In this document: positions 11,031 through 22,909 of the stretch, in pieces | Layout of the letters: each line of letters starts with the position of its first letter | Numbering within the stretch: the stretch's first letter is position 1 | Assembly (NCBI GenBank): GCA_022795075.1 | Contig: JAAWGB010000005.1 | Coordinates: 1 to 61,398 of the forward strand | Source of the DNA: Clostridia bacterium | GTDB taxonomy: Bacteria; Bacillota; Clostridia; TANB77; CAG-508 | Direction: 5' to 3' | DNA: 61,398 bases | Notes under the pieces: generated by a model | Told to the model about the DNA's origin: nothing | The model's input: only the letters and a program-made list of their open reading frames with translations | The model's database searches: none | Made by a program: the position numbers and the translations under genes

Positions 11031-11060
11031 TTATTTGCATAAATTGTTTAACTAGTCAAA

Positions 11061-11256
11061 ACTGTCAACCTAAGATATTTTCTAAAAAAGGAAGACAGTT
11101 CGTTCAAGTAATTTTCGAAGAAATTCTAAATCCATTTTATGGCACCCTTCCACGCCAAAGGCGTGAACTCTTTCCATAAAATGAATAAAGAATTTCTATT
11201 CTTAATTACTTTCAATTCACTGTCTTCCTTTTTAGAAAATATCTTAGGTTGACAGT
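11061..11256 (+). repeat. Palindromic intergenic element family A, copy 1
   Basis: Shared core CGTTCAAGTAATTTTC..ATGGCACCCTTCCACGCCAAAGGCGTGAACTCTTTCCATAAAAT..TTCAATTCAC inside ~38-bp inverted arms. Confidence 0.9.
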
Positions 11257-11279
11257 ATCGATTAAATAGGAGGTAACAA

Positions 11280-13073
11280 ATGATACCAAGAAAAAAGAAA
11301 AAAGTAATCATCATAGTATCAATTATAATATTATTAATCATTATGACAATAAGCTTAATTTTATTATATATTAACACAGATTTATTTCGCTCCCATGCAA
11401 CTTTATTTGCCAAATACTTTGGGCAAAATGTAGAAAATATAGATACCATTTATCAAAAAATGGGAGAAAGTGAACTAAATCAGATTATACGACAAAATAA
11501 ATATACTACCAAGACCCAAGTGAAAATGAACTACATAGAAGGAAAAGGAACTACTTTAGAAAATACGCAAAATTCTATCAATCAATTAAAATTAAATATA
11601 GAAGGGCAAACTGACAAAAACAATCAATATAATTACCAAGACATCCATTTAATAAGAGATGATGAAAAGTTAGCAGAGGTAGAATATTTACAAGACGGAA
11701 ATATACATGGCATTCGATTTTCAGATTTATTTAATCAGTATGTAGCAGTTAATAACGAAAATTTAAGAAGTTTATTTGAGAAAATGGGTTATGATGAACA
11801 AAGCTTAGCAAACCTACCAAACACAATCGAATTTGATAAAAATATTAAGAGTAACTTTCAACTTACACAAGAAGAAAAACAAAAGATACAAAACGATTAT
11901 ATTAATATAATAAAGGAAAATGTATCAAAAGAAAAATTTTCGAAACAAACAAAACAAATGATTCAAATAGATGAAAAAAATATAAATGCCAATGCCTATA
12001 CTTTGACTGTAACAAAAGAACAAATGAATAACCTTATTATTAAAATGTTAGAACAAATCAAACAAGATGAAATTATTTTAACAAAAGTTGACCAAATTCA
12101 ATCATTGTTACCAATGTATCAAACAAAAAGCTTAAAAGAACAATTTATTAGTAAGATAGATGATACAATCACTAAAATAACAAGAAATAATATAGGACAA
12201 GAAGAATCAAAGATAACCGTTTATGAAAATAATCAAATGACTTTAAAAACGGTTATACAAAATGAGAACTATGAAATTCATATAGATGTATTACCATTAG
12301 AAGAAGAACATTATTTGCAAATATCTTACCAAGATTCAACAGTTGAACAATTTATGACATATAAAAGAACAAAAGAGGAGACTAATATAAGTTTAAAAAA
12401 TATAAAAGATAAGAAAACAGCCCAATATAGTTTATTAATTGGCGAAGAGATCAATAATAATAATGGTACAAAAAGAATAGAAGCTAGCTATGAAGATGAC
12501 TCGAATAGATTAGAAACAACTATTGAACAAGAGATTCGTATCGTAAATGGATTTGACAAACAAGTTAAAATGGACCATGAAAATTCTATTAATTTAAGTG
12601 AATTGGAAAAAGAACCATTGCAATCTATTTTGCAACAAGTAAATGCTCAAGTTTCTCAGAAAGTAACAGAAATAACAACAAATGACATGAAAGTAGAAGA
12701 TTTGTGGAAAATATTAAAAACACTTGGATTGGTAAAAGAAGAACAGATATTTGAAAATATTGGAATTACTGAAACGGAAAAGACTAGGTTTAATTCTAAA
12801 TTTGAAATTTTACAAGGAGAAAATTTAGGAAAAGAAGAAATATTAAATTTAATTGATGCTGTTAAAGGAAATTTAGTAGAAATAGAAGTTATACAAAATA
12901 ATGAACTGAAATTAAAGTTAGAACGTACGAAAAAGACAGAAGAAGTGGCTACTAGTTTGATTTCTTTTGTTGAAAAAAATCAAAACAAAAAATATAATGC
13001 TAAAGTAGAATATGATGAACAAACAGGTTTAGTAAAAGACATTGTACTAACAATGATACAGGAAAGTAGGTAA
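11280..13073 (+). CDS. Hypothetical membrane-anchored extracellular protein, 597 aa
   Basis: GGAGG RBS; basic N-terminus plus one hydrophobic helix; no recognisable motif. Confidence 0.8.
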   Translation: MIPRKKKKVIIIVSIIILLIIMTISLILLYINTDLFRSHATLFAKYFGQNVENIDTIYQKMGESELNQIIRQNKYTTKTQVKMNYIEGKGTTLENTQNSINQLKLNIEGQTDKNNQYNYQDIHLIRDDEKLAEVEYLQDGNIHGIRFSDLFNQYVAVNNENLRSLFEKMGYDEQSLANLPNTIEFDKNIKSNFQLTQEEKQKIQNDYINIIKENVSKEKFSKQTKQMIQIDEKNINANAYTLTVTKEQMNNLIIKMLEQIKQDEIILTKVDQIQSLLPMYQTKSLKEQFISKIDDTITKITRNNIGQEESKITVYENNQMTLKTVIQNENYEIHIDVLPLEEEHYLQISYQDSTVEQFMTYKRTKEETNISLKNIKDKKTAQYSLLIGEEINNNNGTKRIEASYEDDSNRLETTIEQEIRIVNGFDKQVKMDHENSINLSELEKEPLQSILQQVNAQVSQKVTEITTNDMKVEDLWKILKTLGLVKEEQIFENIGITETEKTRFNSKFEILQGENLGKEEILNLIDAVKGNLVEIEVIQNNELKLKLERTKKTEEVATSLISFVEKNQNKKYNAKVEYDEQTGLVKDIVLTMIQESR

Positions 13074-13239
13074 AAATTTTTTATAGAAACGAAAAACATA
13101 GATATAATTCCCAATTACTTATAGGCGAAATTAGAATTTAGGAACTTATGATGCTGGTGTATAGGGGGCTATGCAAATGGATATGATTCTTGATAATCCT
13201 ATAAAATAAAGCTATAATAATAAAAAATGGAGGGATAAG

Positions 13240-14076
13240 ATGGAACAAACCAAAAAGAAAATCATTCGAATAATGATAGTAATAATAGTCTGTATTACAT
13301 TTTTTATAAATGTTAGTTATCAAGAAGTGCAAGCTCTAACAGATGAAAAATTAATACAAGAACAAATAGAAAATTATGCAAGGGAAACCAATATTGATCC
13401 GAATAATATTACCAAAGAAGATATTTTAAAAATATATGATGAAATAAATAAACAATATACCAATGAACAAATAGCCAATATAATAGAAGAAAATACAGAA
13501 AAATTGCAACAACAAGGTATTAGTAAAGAAGTTATAGTAGCTGGTACAGAGTTTATAAGAACCACCGAAAGTCAAGGTATAAGAGATATTATAGAAAATG
13601 ATTTAGATTTAGAAGAAATCAAAGAAAAAATAGAACAAGGCTATACACCCAATCAAATTCTAAAAAGTGTAGTAAAAGAAACGCCAACAGAAAAGAAAAT
13701 AGAAGTAGGAATTAAATTGTTATTAGCTAATAAAATTGTAAAAATAATTTTAATCTTATGTGTCATTTTATTTATTTATGGAACCGTTCTTAGATGGCGA
13801 ATTTATACAAAAGCAGGTAAACCTGGTTGGGCAGCAATCATACCTGTTTATAGACAAATTGTTATGTACCAAGTTTGTGGATTATCTGCTTGGCTCATGT
13901 TACTTTGGTTAATACCAGTGTTTGGTTGGTTAGTTATGTTAGTAATTGCCATTATGAAAAGATTTTGTTTAGCAAAAGAATTTGGAAAAGGTAGTTTATT
14001 TGGATTTGGTTTATTATTTTTACCACTAATTTTTCAGACGATACTAGCCTTTCAACCTAAAGTTGATGAAACTTAA
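13240..14076 (+). CDS. Membrane protein with C-terminal DUF5684-like domain
   Basis: Signal peptide; WRIYTKAGKPGWAAIIPVY and AKEFGKG motifs. Confidence 0.75.
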   Translation: MEQTKKKIIRIMIVIIVCITFFINVSYQEVQALTDEKLIQEQIENYARETNIDPNNITKEDILKIYDEINKQYTNEQIANIIEENTEKLQQQGISKEVIVAGTEFIRTTESQGIRDIIENDLDLEEIKEKIEQGYTPNQILKSVVKETPTEKKIEVGIKLLLANKIVKIILILCVILFIYGTVLRWRIYTKAGKPGWAAIIPVYRQIVMYQVCGLSAWLMLLWLIPVFGWLVMLVIAIMKRFCLAKEFGKGSLFGFGLLFLPLIFQTILAFQPKVDET

Positions 14077-14083
14077 GAAATGA

Positions 14084-14875
14084 GTGAAATACATTATGAA
14101 TAAAAATGGAAAAATAGGAATTTTTGATTCAGGTATTGGTGGCGTAACAGTCATGCGTGAATTGATGAAAGTTCTACCAAAAGAAAATTATTACTATTAT
14201 AGTGATTCGAAAAATAACCCTTATGGAGATAAAACAGAAGAAGAAATTAAGAAATTATGTGATAATATTGTACAATATTTGATACAACAGGATTGTAAAA
14301 TGATTGTCATAGCTTGCAATACAGCAAGTGCTAAAGCTGCAACATTTTTACGACAAAAATATCCAAAGATTAATATAGTTGCAATTGAGCCAGCTTATAA
14401 AATGGTATATGACTATGCCTATGATAAACCAACTTTAGTAATGGCAACAAAAGGCACCATTGAAAGCGAAAAATTTAATTTATTGTTAGAAAAATATGAT
14501 AATCATAAGACTTTTTTAATTCCCTGTGTAGGATTAGCAGATAGAATAGAAAAGGGAGATTTGGAACAAATTAATGAATATTTGAAAGCCATAATTGGGA
14601 ATTATAAAAATAAAGTGGAAAATGTAGTATTGGGTTGTACACATTATCCTTTAATTGAGCAAGAAATTGAAAAGGTATTAGGTAAAGTGAATTTTTTTAA
14701 TGGAGCACCTAATTTAGCTAAACATTTGAAAACAATTTTAGAACAAAAGAATTTATTAAAGGATGGAGAAGGTAAAGTGGAGTTTGAAGATTCACAAGGT
14801 TTGCTAGAAAAAAAGATAAGGTTTTTTGAGATATTAGAAAATATAGGAGGAACTAGAAGTGAAATACAAAAGTGA
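14084..14875 (+). CDS. murI: Glutamate racemase
   Basis: IGIFDSGIGG, IACNTAS, VLGCTHYP. Confidence 0.97.
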   Translation: MKYIMNKNGKIGIFDSGIGGVTVMRELMKVLPKENYYYYSDSKNNPYGDKTEEEIKKLCDNIVQYLIQQDCKMIVIACNTASAKAATFLRQKYPKINIVAIEPAYKMVYDYAYDKPTLVMATKGTIESEKFNLLLEKYDNHKTFLIPCVGLADRIEKGDLEQINEYLKAIIGNYKNKVENVVLGCTHYPLIEQEIEKVLGKVNFFNGAPNLAKHLKTILEQKNLLKDGEGKVEFEDSQGLLEKKIRFFEILENIGGTRSEIQK

Positions 14876-15068
14876 AAAGGGTTCAGTTACTTTATTTGTT
14901 ACATTGTCATGTTTTTTTATTGTTATGATGCTTGCTATTTATGTGATGAATGTAGAAAATAAAAAACAAGCACAAAATAAAGAAATTGAGCAAATTATGC
15001 GAAGTTATGAAATAGATGAACAAGATATGGAGAAAGTATACAGTAAAATAGTTAATGAAAATCAATAA
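14859..15068 (+). CDS. Small protein with prepilin/Tad-like N-terminus
   Basis: GGAGG RBS plus GTG; KSEKG|SVTLFVTL followed by a hydrophobic helix. Confidence 0.6.
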   Translation: MKYKSEKGSVTLFVTLSCFFIVMMLAIYVMNVENKKQAQNKEIEQIMRSYEIDEQDMEKVYSKIVNENQ

Positions 15069-15094
15069 ATAGTTTTTTTAATACATGAGAGAAT

Positions 15095-15281
15095 TGACCA
15101 AAAAGTAAATCAGAATTTAGAAAAAGGTTTCGTTTAAGAAAATTTTCGTAGAAATTCTAAATTCATTTTATGGCACCCTTTCAAAACAAGTTTGAACATT
15201 TTCCATAAAATAATTTAAGAACTTCTACCTCAATTTCTTTCAATTCAACCTTTTTCTAAATTCTGATTTACTTTTTGGTCA
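15095..15281 (+). repeat. Palindromic element family A, copy 2
   Basis: Core with TTCAAAACAAGTTTGAACAT loop variant; ~35-bp inverted arms TGACCAAAAAGTAAATCAG.. Confidence 0.9.
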
Positions 15282-15319
15282 GTTTTTGAGTAATGGCAAT
15301 ATATATAGATGAAAATATT

Positions 15320-15754
15320 TTATAAATATTTTTTTAATTGTTCAACTGTGTTTTCTTGAAATTGAACAAATTCAGTCAAAATATTTTTAACTGGTTCATC
15401 TGTATTTGGATTATGATTTAGAAGTTTCACACCTTTAATAATTCCCATATTGGTTCCTTGTAACATCATTTCAGCAATTTTAGAATTATTTTTATCATCC
15501 ATTGTGTTAAATTCAACACTCATCCAACCCATAGCCTTTTGCATAGGATTTAGTTCTTTTGGAAAATCGTCATAATTTGTTAGTTCATTATTTACCTTAT
15601 TTAAAATCTCATTATATTTGTCATATTGAAATTTTAAATCTTTTTTAAAGTCGTCATCTTGAATTTTTTCGGAAACATTAGAAATGGAATCCATTCCCAT
15701 TTTGATTCCTTTGTTAATTTCATTTAAAATATAACCTGGACTATCCATATTCAT
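15320..15754 (-). CDS. Hypothetical helical protein, possibly ferritin-like and spore-associated
   Basis: AAGGAGG RBS; KGIKMG..KIAEMMLQGTNMG; upstream GCATA..TATATTA resembles a forespore sigma promoter. Confidence 0.7.
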   Translation of the reverse strand: MNMDSPGYILNEINKGIKMGMDSISNVSEKIQDDDFKKDLKFQYDKYNEILNKVNNELTNYDDFPKELNPMQKAMGWMSVEFNTMDDKNNSKIAEMMLQGTNMGIIKGVKLLNHNPNTDEPVKNILTEFVQFQENTVEQLKKYL

Positions 15755-15835
15755 TCCTCCTTAATTTTTTTTAATATAACCAAAAATAAGAAAAATATGC
15801 TATATCTATCATAATGCACTTGCTAAATGTTCGTA

Positions 15836-16016
15836 TATAAAATAATTTGCTACCCAAGAAAAAACGTGAATTGAAAGAAATTGAGGTAGAAATTCTTAAA
15901 TCATTTTATGGAAAATGTTCAAACTTGTTTTGAAAGGGTGCCATAAAATGAACTTAGAATTTCTTCGAAAATTTTTTTGAACGAACGGTTTTTCTTGGGT
16001 AGTAAATTATTTTATA
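15836..16016 (-). repeat. Palindromic element family A, copy 3 (core reversed)
   Basis: Reverse-complement core; arms TATAAAATAATTTGCTACCCAAGAAAAA / TTTTTCTTGGGTAGTAAATTATTTTATA. Confidence 0.9.
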
Positions 16017-16116
16017 GAAAGGACTGATAAGTATTTTTTCATGTTCACAAAGAATTCACAAAAAAATTGTTAGATAGTATTGACAAGAGAGAAAAACGGG
16101 TATAATATATAAGAAG

Positions 16117-16143
16117 TTAGCAATCAAACCAAAAGAGTGCTAA
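16117..16143 (+). promoter_or_regulatory. CIRCE element (HrcA operator)
   Basis: TTAGCAATC-N9-GAGTGCTAA, one mismatch to consensus, just after TTGACA (16080) and TATAAT (16101). Confidence 0.93.
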
Positions 16144-16157
16144 AAGAGGTGAAAAAG

Positions 16158-17168
16158 TTGTTAGATGAAAGAAAAAAGAAAGTCTTACAAGCCATAGTAG
16201 AAGAATATATTAATACAGCAGAGCCAGTAAGTTCAAATGCACTAACACAAAATCATGGATTAGAATGTAGCAGTGCTACTATTCGAAATGAAATGTCAGA
16301 GTTAGAAAAAGGTGGATTTTTAGATAAAACACATACCTCAAGTGGAAGAATTCCATCAGCAAAAGGATATCGCTACTATGTAGATGAGCTATTAAATGAA
16401 GAAGACATCAGTATAGAAGAAATCAAATACATCAGTTCAAAATTAGAAACCAAAGTAAACGAAATTGAAGACCTAACCAAAATAGCGGCAAATACCATAT
16501 CAGAAGTAACCCACTATACAACCGTATCCATTGGCCCAAAAGCAACCACCCAATTAATAGAAGAAATCAAATTTGTTTTACTAGGTACAAGAATGATAAT
16601 GGCAGTTATCTTAACAGACAACGGACTAGTCAAAGAAACCATTATAAAATTTGATGAAGATATCAACGAAAAGCAAGTACAAACCATGAACTATATGTTT
16701 AATAACAAGCTAAAAAATCAACCAATTCAAACGATAGACCGACCATTAGAAGAATACTTATATGATGAAATGACCTATAGCATTCATGTTATAAAGCCAA
16801 TCATTGAACAAATCAAAAAAGTATTAGAAGAAGACAATAAAATCTATTTAGAAGGAGCCAATAAATCCTTTGACTTGCCAGAATTTAACAGTTTAGAAGT
16901 AGCCAAAAATTTTATTAACATTTTAGACACCAAAGAAATTGTAGCAGACATGCTAAATTCAGGATTAGCAGAAGATATCAATGTATATATTGGAGAAGAA
17001 AACGAACAGCAAGAACTAAAAGATTTTAGTGTTGTCACATTTAAACACAAAGTAAATGGTCGTGACGTAGGAACAATCGGAATCATAGGACCAAAAAGAA
17101 TGGACTATTCAAAAGTTATTTCCGTTATGAAATACATCAACAAAAAACTAAAAGAAATAGATGAATAA
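16158..17168 (+). CDS. hrcA: Heat-inducible transcription repressor
   Basis: SSATIRNEM, HTSSGRIPS, GIIGPKRMDY; TTG start after GAGGTG. Confidence 0.97.
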   Translation: MLDERKKKVLQAIVEEYINTAEPVSSNALTQNHGLECSSATIRNEMSELEKGGFLDKTHTSSGRIPSAKGYRYYVDELLNEEDISIEEIKYISSKLETKVNEIEDLTKIAANTISEVTHYTTVSIGPKATTQLIEEIKFVLLGTRMIMAVILTDNGLVKETIIKFDEDINEKQVQTMNYMFNNKLKNQPIQTIDRPLEEYLYDEMTYSIHVIKPIIEQIKKVLEEDNKIYLEGANKSFDLPEFNSLEVAKNFINILDTKEIVADMLNSGLAEDINVYIGEENEQQELKDFSVVTFKHKVNGRDVGTIGIIGPKRMDYSKVISVMKYINKKLKEIDE

Positions 17169-17240
17169 AACGAAGAATACTAAAAAAAATTAGAATCAAT
17201 GTTAAGAATTAACTTAGCAAAATATATAAGGGAGGTAAAA

Positions 17241-17760
17241 ATGGGAGAAAAGGAAAAAGAAAACAAACAAGAAAGCCAAGAAATAGACAAAAACGAAGAA
17301 ATTTTAGAAAAAGAAGGTAACATCAAAGATATGGTACCAAAACAAGATTACGAAGAATTAGACGACAGATATAAAAGAATTTTAGCAGAATTTGAAAACT
17401 TCAAAAAAAGAAGTAGTAAAGAAAGAGAAGGATTGTACAATTCCATTCTTTCAGATGTAGTAGAAGTGATATTGCCAGTTGTAGACAATTTAGAAAATGC
17501 AGCAAAAGTAGAAACACGGAGATGAAGAATACAAAAAAGGAATTGAGCTAGTATTAAAACAATTTAAAGATGTATTAGCATCCAAAGGAGTAGAAGAAAT
17601 AAAGACAGTAGGAGAAACATTTGACCCAGAACTACATGAAGCAGTTAGCAGTATCCAAGACGAAAACTTAGGAGAAAAAGAAATTGCACAAGAATACAGA
17701 AAAGGGTACAAAATTGGTAACAAAGTCATACGTCATTCAATGGTTGTAGTAGCCAACTAA
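17241..17760 (+). CDS. grpE: Nucleotide exchange factor GrpE, 172 aa, needs +1 shift at CGG 17517-17519
   Basis: AEFENFKKR and LPVVDNLE in frame 0; FDPELHEAV and GYKIGNKVIRHSMVVVAN* only in the +1 frame. Confidence 0.93.
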
Positions 17761-17829
17761 AAAATAATAGAAGAGCTAAACAAACTTATCTAAGTTTTAG
17801 CCAATCTTAATAGTTATTAAGTTTAAACA

Positions 17830-19808
<1,979 letters not shown>

Positions 19809-19880
19809 AAGGTAGATTAAGTACGAGGTTGGAATATAATATACAAATCCAACCTCAAACTTTAGTAAAGGGATAATGAT

Positions 19881-20003
19881 ATGGAAGAAGAAGTATGTTT
19901 AATAAATCAAAAGGGAGAAAAAATTTCATCAGACAATATAAGTTCTCACATAGGACTGGCATATCTTGTAATAGAAAAAGAAAGTTTAGAAAGAGGAGAA
20001 TAA
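19881..20003 (+). CDS. Possible 40-aa ORF between dnaK and dnaJ
   Basis: AAAGGGA RBS; [40 protein letters not shown]; ends 4 nt before the dnaJ ATG. Confidence 0.35.
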   Translation: MEEEVCLINQKGEKISSDNISSHIGLAYLVIEKESLERGE

Positions 20004-20007
20004 TAAA

Positions 20008-21162
20008 ATGGCAACCAAAAGAGATTATTATGAAGTATTAGGTGTCAATAAAAATGCGACAGATGATGAATTAAAAAAAGCCTATCGTAAATTAGCAAAA
20101 AAATATCATCCAGATGCAAATCCAAATGATAAAGCAGGTGCAGAGGCAAAATTTAAAGAAGTAAATGAGGCCTATGAAAATTTATCAGATCCACAAAAAA
20201 GAAGAATGTATGACCAATTTGGTCATGATGGACCACAAGGATTTGGAGGAGGAGGACCATTTGGTGGGCAAGGTGGCTATTATTCATATAGTAGTTCTGA
20301 TTTTGGCGACTTTGGAGATTTAGGAGATATCTTTTCTTCTTTCTTTGGTGGTGGATTTGGAGGTAGAACTTCAAGTAGAAGACAAAGTGGACCAAAGAAA
20401 GGTGCAGACTTAAACCTAGGAATGGAGATAACTTTTGAACAAGCCTTTTTAGGAGTAGAAAAAGAAGTTATTATTACAAGAGATGAAACTTGTGATTCCT
20501 GCCATGGAACAGGAGCCAAACCAGGAACTTCTAAAATGAAATGTACAACTTGTAATGGAACTGGTCAAGTTACACAAATGCAAAATACCATTTTAGGGCA
20601 AATGCAAACAAGAAGAACCTGTACAACTTGTCATGGAACAGGTGAAATCATTAAAGAACCATGTGAAAGTTGTCGAGGAAAAGGAACCGTAAGGAAACAA
20701 CCAAAAATTAAAGTAAAAATTCCTGCAGGAATTGATGATAATCAAACTGTGGTTTTAAGAGGAGAAGGAGAACCTGGAGAAAAAGGTGGACCAAAAGGAG
20801 ATTTATATATTACAGTTAGAATTAAAAAACACAGTATTTATAGCAGAAAAGGTAATCATGTTTTATGCGAAGTACCAATTACCATTACACAGGCAACTTT
20901 AGGGGCAGAACTAGAAATTCCAATGGTAGATGGTTCAAAAGAAACATACAAAATTCCAGAAGGTACACAAACAGGTACAAAATTTACACTTAAGAATAAA
21001 GGATTTAAATCTGTTAATTCAAGTAATGTAGGAGATTTTGTGTTTACTGTAACAGTACAAACGCCAAAGAGATTAACAAAGGAACAAAGAGATTTATTGA
21101 CACAATTGGCAAAAACAATGAATGAACAACCACCAGTAAAAAAACGTGGATTGTTTGGATAA
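20008..21162 (+). CDS. dnaJ: Chaperone DnaJ
   Basis: HPD motif, G/F-rich linker, four CxxCxGxG repeats. Confidence 0.99.
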   Translation: MATKRDYYEVLGVNKNATDDELKKAYRKLAKKYHPDANPNDKAGAEAKFKEVNEAYENLSDPQKRRMYDQFGHDGPQGFGGGGPFGGQGGYYSYSSSDFGDFGDLGDIFSSFFGGGFGGRTSSRRQSGPKKGADLNLGMEITFEQAFLGVEKEVIITRDETCDSCHGTGAKPGTSKMKCTTCNGTGQVTQMQNTILGQMQTRRTCTTCHGTGEIIKEPCESCRGKGTVRKQPKIKVKIPAGIDDNQTVVLRGEGEPGEKGGPKGDLYITVRIKKHSIYSRKGNHVLCEVPITITQATLGAELEIPMVDGSKETYKIPEGTQTGTKFTLKNKGFKSVNSSNVGDFVFTVTVQTPKRLTKEQRDLLTQLAKTMNEQPPVKKRGLFG

Positions 21163-21175
21163 AGAATTTATTTTT

Positions 21176-21420
21176 AGGTTACCATTCACCAACATCATTT
21201 AAAATTACAAAAGACTAGAATAACAATATTGATAAGGATTTGAATGTGACCGAAATAGCTTTAGAAATATTAAAAATACAGGTGAAAGGCTCCTGTTTTC
21301 GGGTATAGTTCACCTGTATTTTTAATATTTCTTAGTGTCATGTAGGGTAACCGAAAATCTGAATCAATATTGTTATTCTAGTCTTTTGTAATTTTAAATG
21401 ATGTTGGTGAACGGTAACCT
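21176..21420. repeat. 245-bp palindrome downstream of dnaJ (not family A core)
   Basis: ~58-bp outer arms AGGTTACCATTCACCAAC.. plus inner AGAAATATTAAAAATACAGGTGAA / TTCACCTGTATTTTTAATATTTCT. Confidence 0.9.
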
Positions 21421-21507
21421 TTTTAGTGTAGAGTAAATGATTATAAAATTGACAAGTTTATGTAAATATTATATAATATCAAATATAAAAAGTAGGAGGA
21501 AAGGACT

Positions 21508-21753
21508 ATGGATAAAAACAAAAAAATGCCAAAAAAACGGATAGAGGATCAAAGTGAAAAAATTATAGGAATTGCAGTAATAACAGGAATTGTTATTGAA
21601 ATAATGAGCTGGGGTTTACTTTTTTTAGATATTATTTTCAAAAATAGTGAAATATTCATTCTTTGTTCCATAAGTTTTATTGCATTTGTGTTATTTGGAG
21701 CAGTGTTAGGATTAATATTTGGATGTGTTTTAGCAAGTATTTTAGAAAAATAG
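21508..21753 (+). CDS. Small two-TM membrane protein, stand-alone cassette
   Basis: TTGACA-17-TATAAT at 21449-21477, AGGAGG RBS, two hydrophobic helices. Confidence 0.75.
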   Translation: MDKNKKMPKKRIEDQSEKIIGIAVITGIVIEIMSWGLLFLDIIFKNSEIFILCSISFIAFVLFGAVLGLIFGCVLASILEK

Positions 21754-21778
21754 TCCAAAAAGAGAGATATATCTTTCT

Positions 21779-21818
21779 AAAAGAGAGTTGGCAATGAAGA
21801 AATTGCTGACTCTCTTTT
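21779..21818. terminator. Bidirectional intrinsic terminator
   Basis: AAAAGAGAGTTGGCAAT ... ATTGCTGACTCTCTTTT between convergent genes. Confidence 0.8.
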
Positions 21819-21843
21819 GTTGTATTTTTATGTCAAATTTATT

Positions 21844-22062
21844 TTATCTATTTTTATAAGGTGTTATATCATTAGTTAGTTCCAGCAAATAATCTACAGA
21901 AGTATCATAAAACTTGGCTAAATCAATTAATACTCTAGTTGGAATGTCATTTTCACCAGTTTCATACTTAGAATAGCCAGTTTGCGACATATGCAAATGT
22001 TTAGCAACTTGTGATTGCGTTAAATCTTTATCTTCACGCAATTCTCTTAATCTTTTATACAT
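21844..22062 (-). CDS. XRE-family HTH regulator
   Basis: RLRELREDKDLTQSQVA..YSKYETG..SVDYLL. Confidence 0.93.
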   Translation of the reverse strand: MYKRLRELREDKDLTQSQVAKHLHMSQTGYSKYETGENDIPTRVLIDLAKFYDTSVDYLLELTNDITPYKNR

Positions 22063-22103
22063 AATTCCTCCTAAAACTACAACCCCATAAAATAATTTTA
22101 AAA

Positions 22104-22175
22104 TAATCTGTTTTAGGTTATTGACATTTAACCTAAAATAGGTTAAAATTTCATCAGATAACCTAAAACAGGTTA
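22104..22175. promoter_or_regulatory. Three TAACCT-N5-AGGTTA operators overlapping the sortase promoter
   Basis: Sites 22104-22120, 22129-22145 and 22159-22175 around TTGACA(22121)-17-TAAAAT(22144). Confidence 0.8.
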
Positions 22176-22201
22176 AAAAGGAGGTGAATTCTATCAGTTA
22201 A

Positions 22202-22856
22202 GTGAAACAGAAATATTCACGTGGAAAGCATTTAGAACAAAGGAAAAGTAAGAAATCTTATATGAAAAAAGTAGTTTTATATATTTTTCTATGGATAGTA
22301 TGTACCTTTTTAATAGTAATCATTCCAAAAAATATAGAAAATTTGCAAGAACCTTATCAACAAAATAATAGCATGCCTACCAGTAATATAGAAGAAATTA
22401 ATCAAATTTCAACTGTTGCAAAAGTAGATATGCCTGAAAAAATTGAAAATTTCGAAGTAGTGGGAGAACTAGTTATAGAAAAAATTAATTTTAAAAATTA
22501 CATTTTAAATAAAACTACAGAAGATTCATTAAACTTTTCTGTTACCAAATTTTATGGACCAAAAGTAAACCAATTAGGAAACTTTTGCATCACAGGGCAT
22601 AACACAAAAGACTATCTATTTAAAAATTTAAAAGAATTAAATATAGGGGATAGTTTTTACATAATTGATAAAGAAAATCAAGAAAAGGTTACTTATCAAG
22701 TCTATGATAAATATACGGTTATTCCAACTGATTTGAAGTGCTTAAGCCAAAATAATACAAAGGATAAACGAGAGGTAACACTAATAACTTGTAATTCACG
22801 GAGGATTAACAAGGCTTATTATTAAGGCACAAGAGGTAGAAAAATTACCTCAATAA
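22202..22856 (+). CDS. Sortase, ~217 aa, needs +1 shift at CGG 22799-22801
   Basis: N-terminal anchor, ITGHN, TLITC; +1 frame gives NS-GGLTRLIIKAQEV with the catalytic Arg strand. Confidence 0.88.
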
Positions 22857-22909
22857 AAACGGAAATAATTTATTATTTCAAAATATAAAATTTTAAGGAG
22901 GATAAAAAA

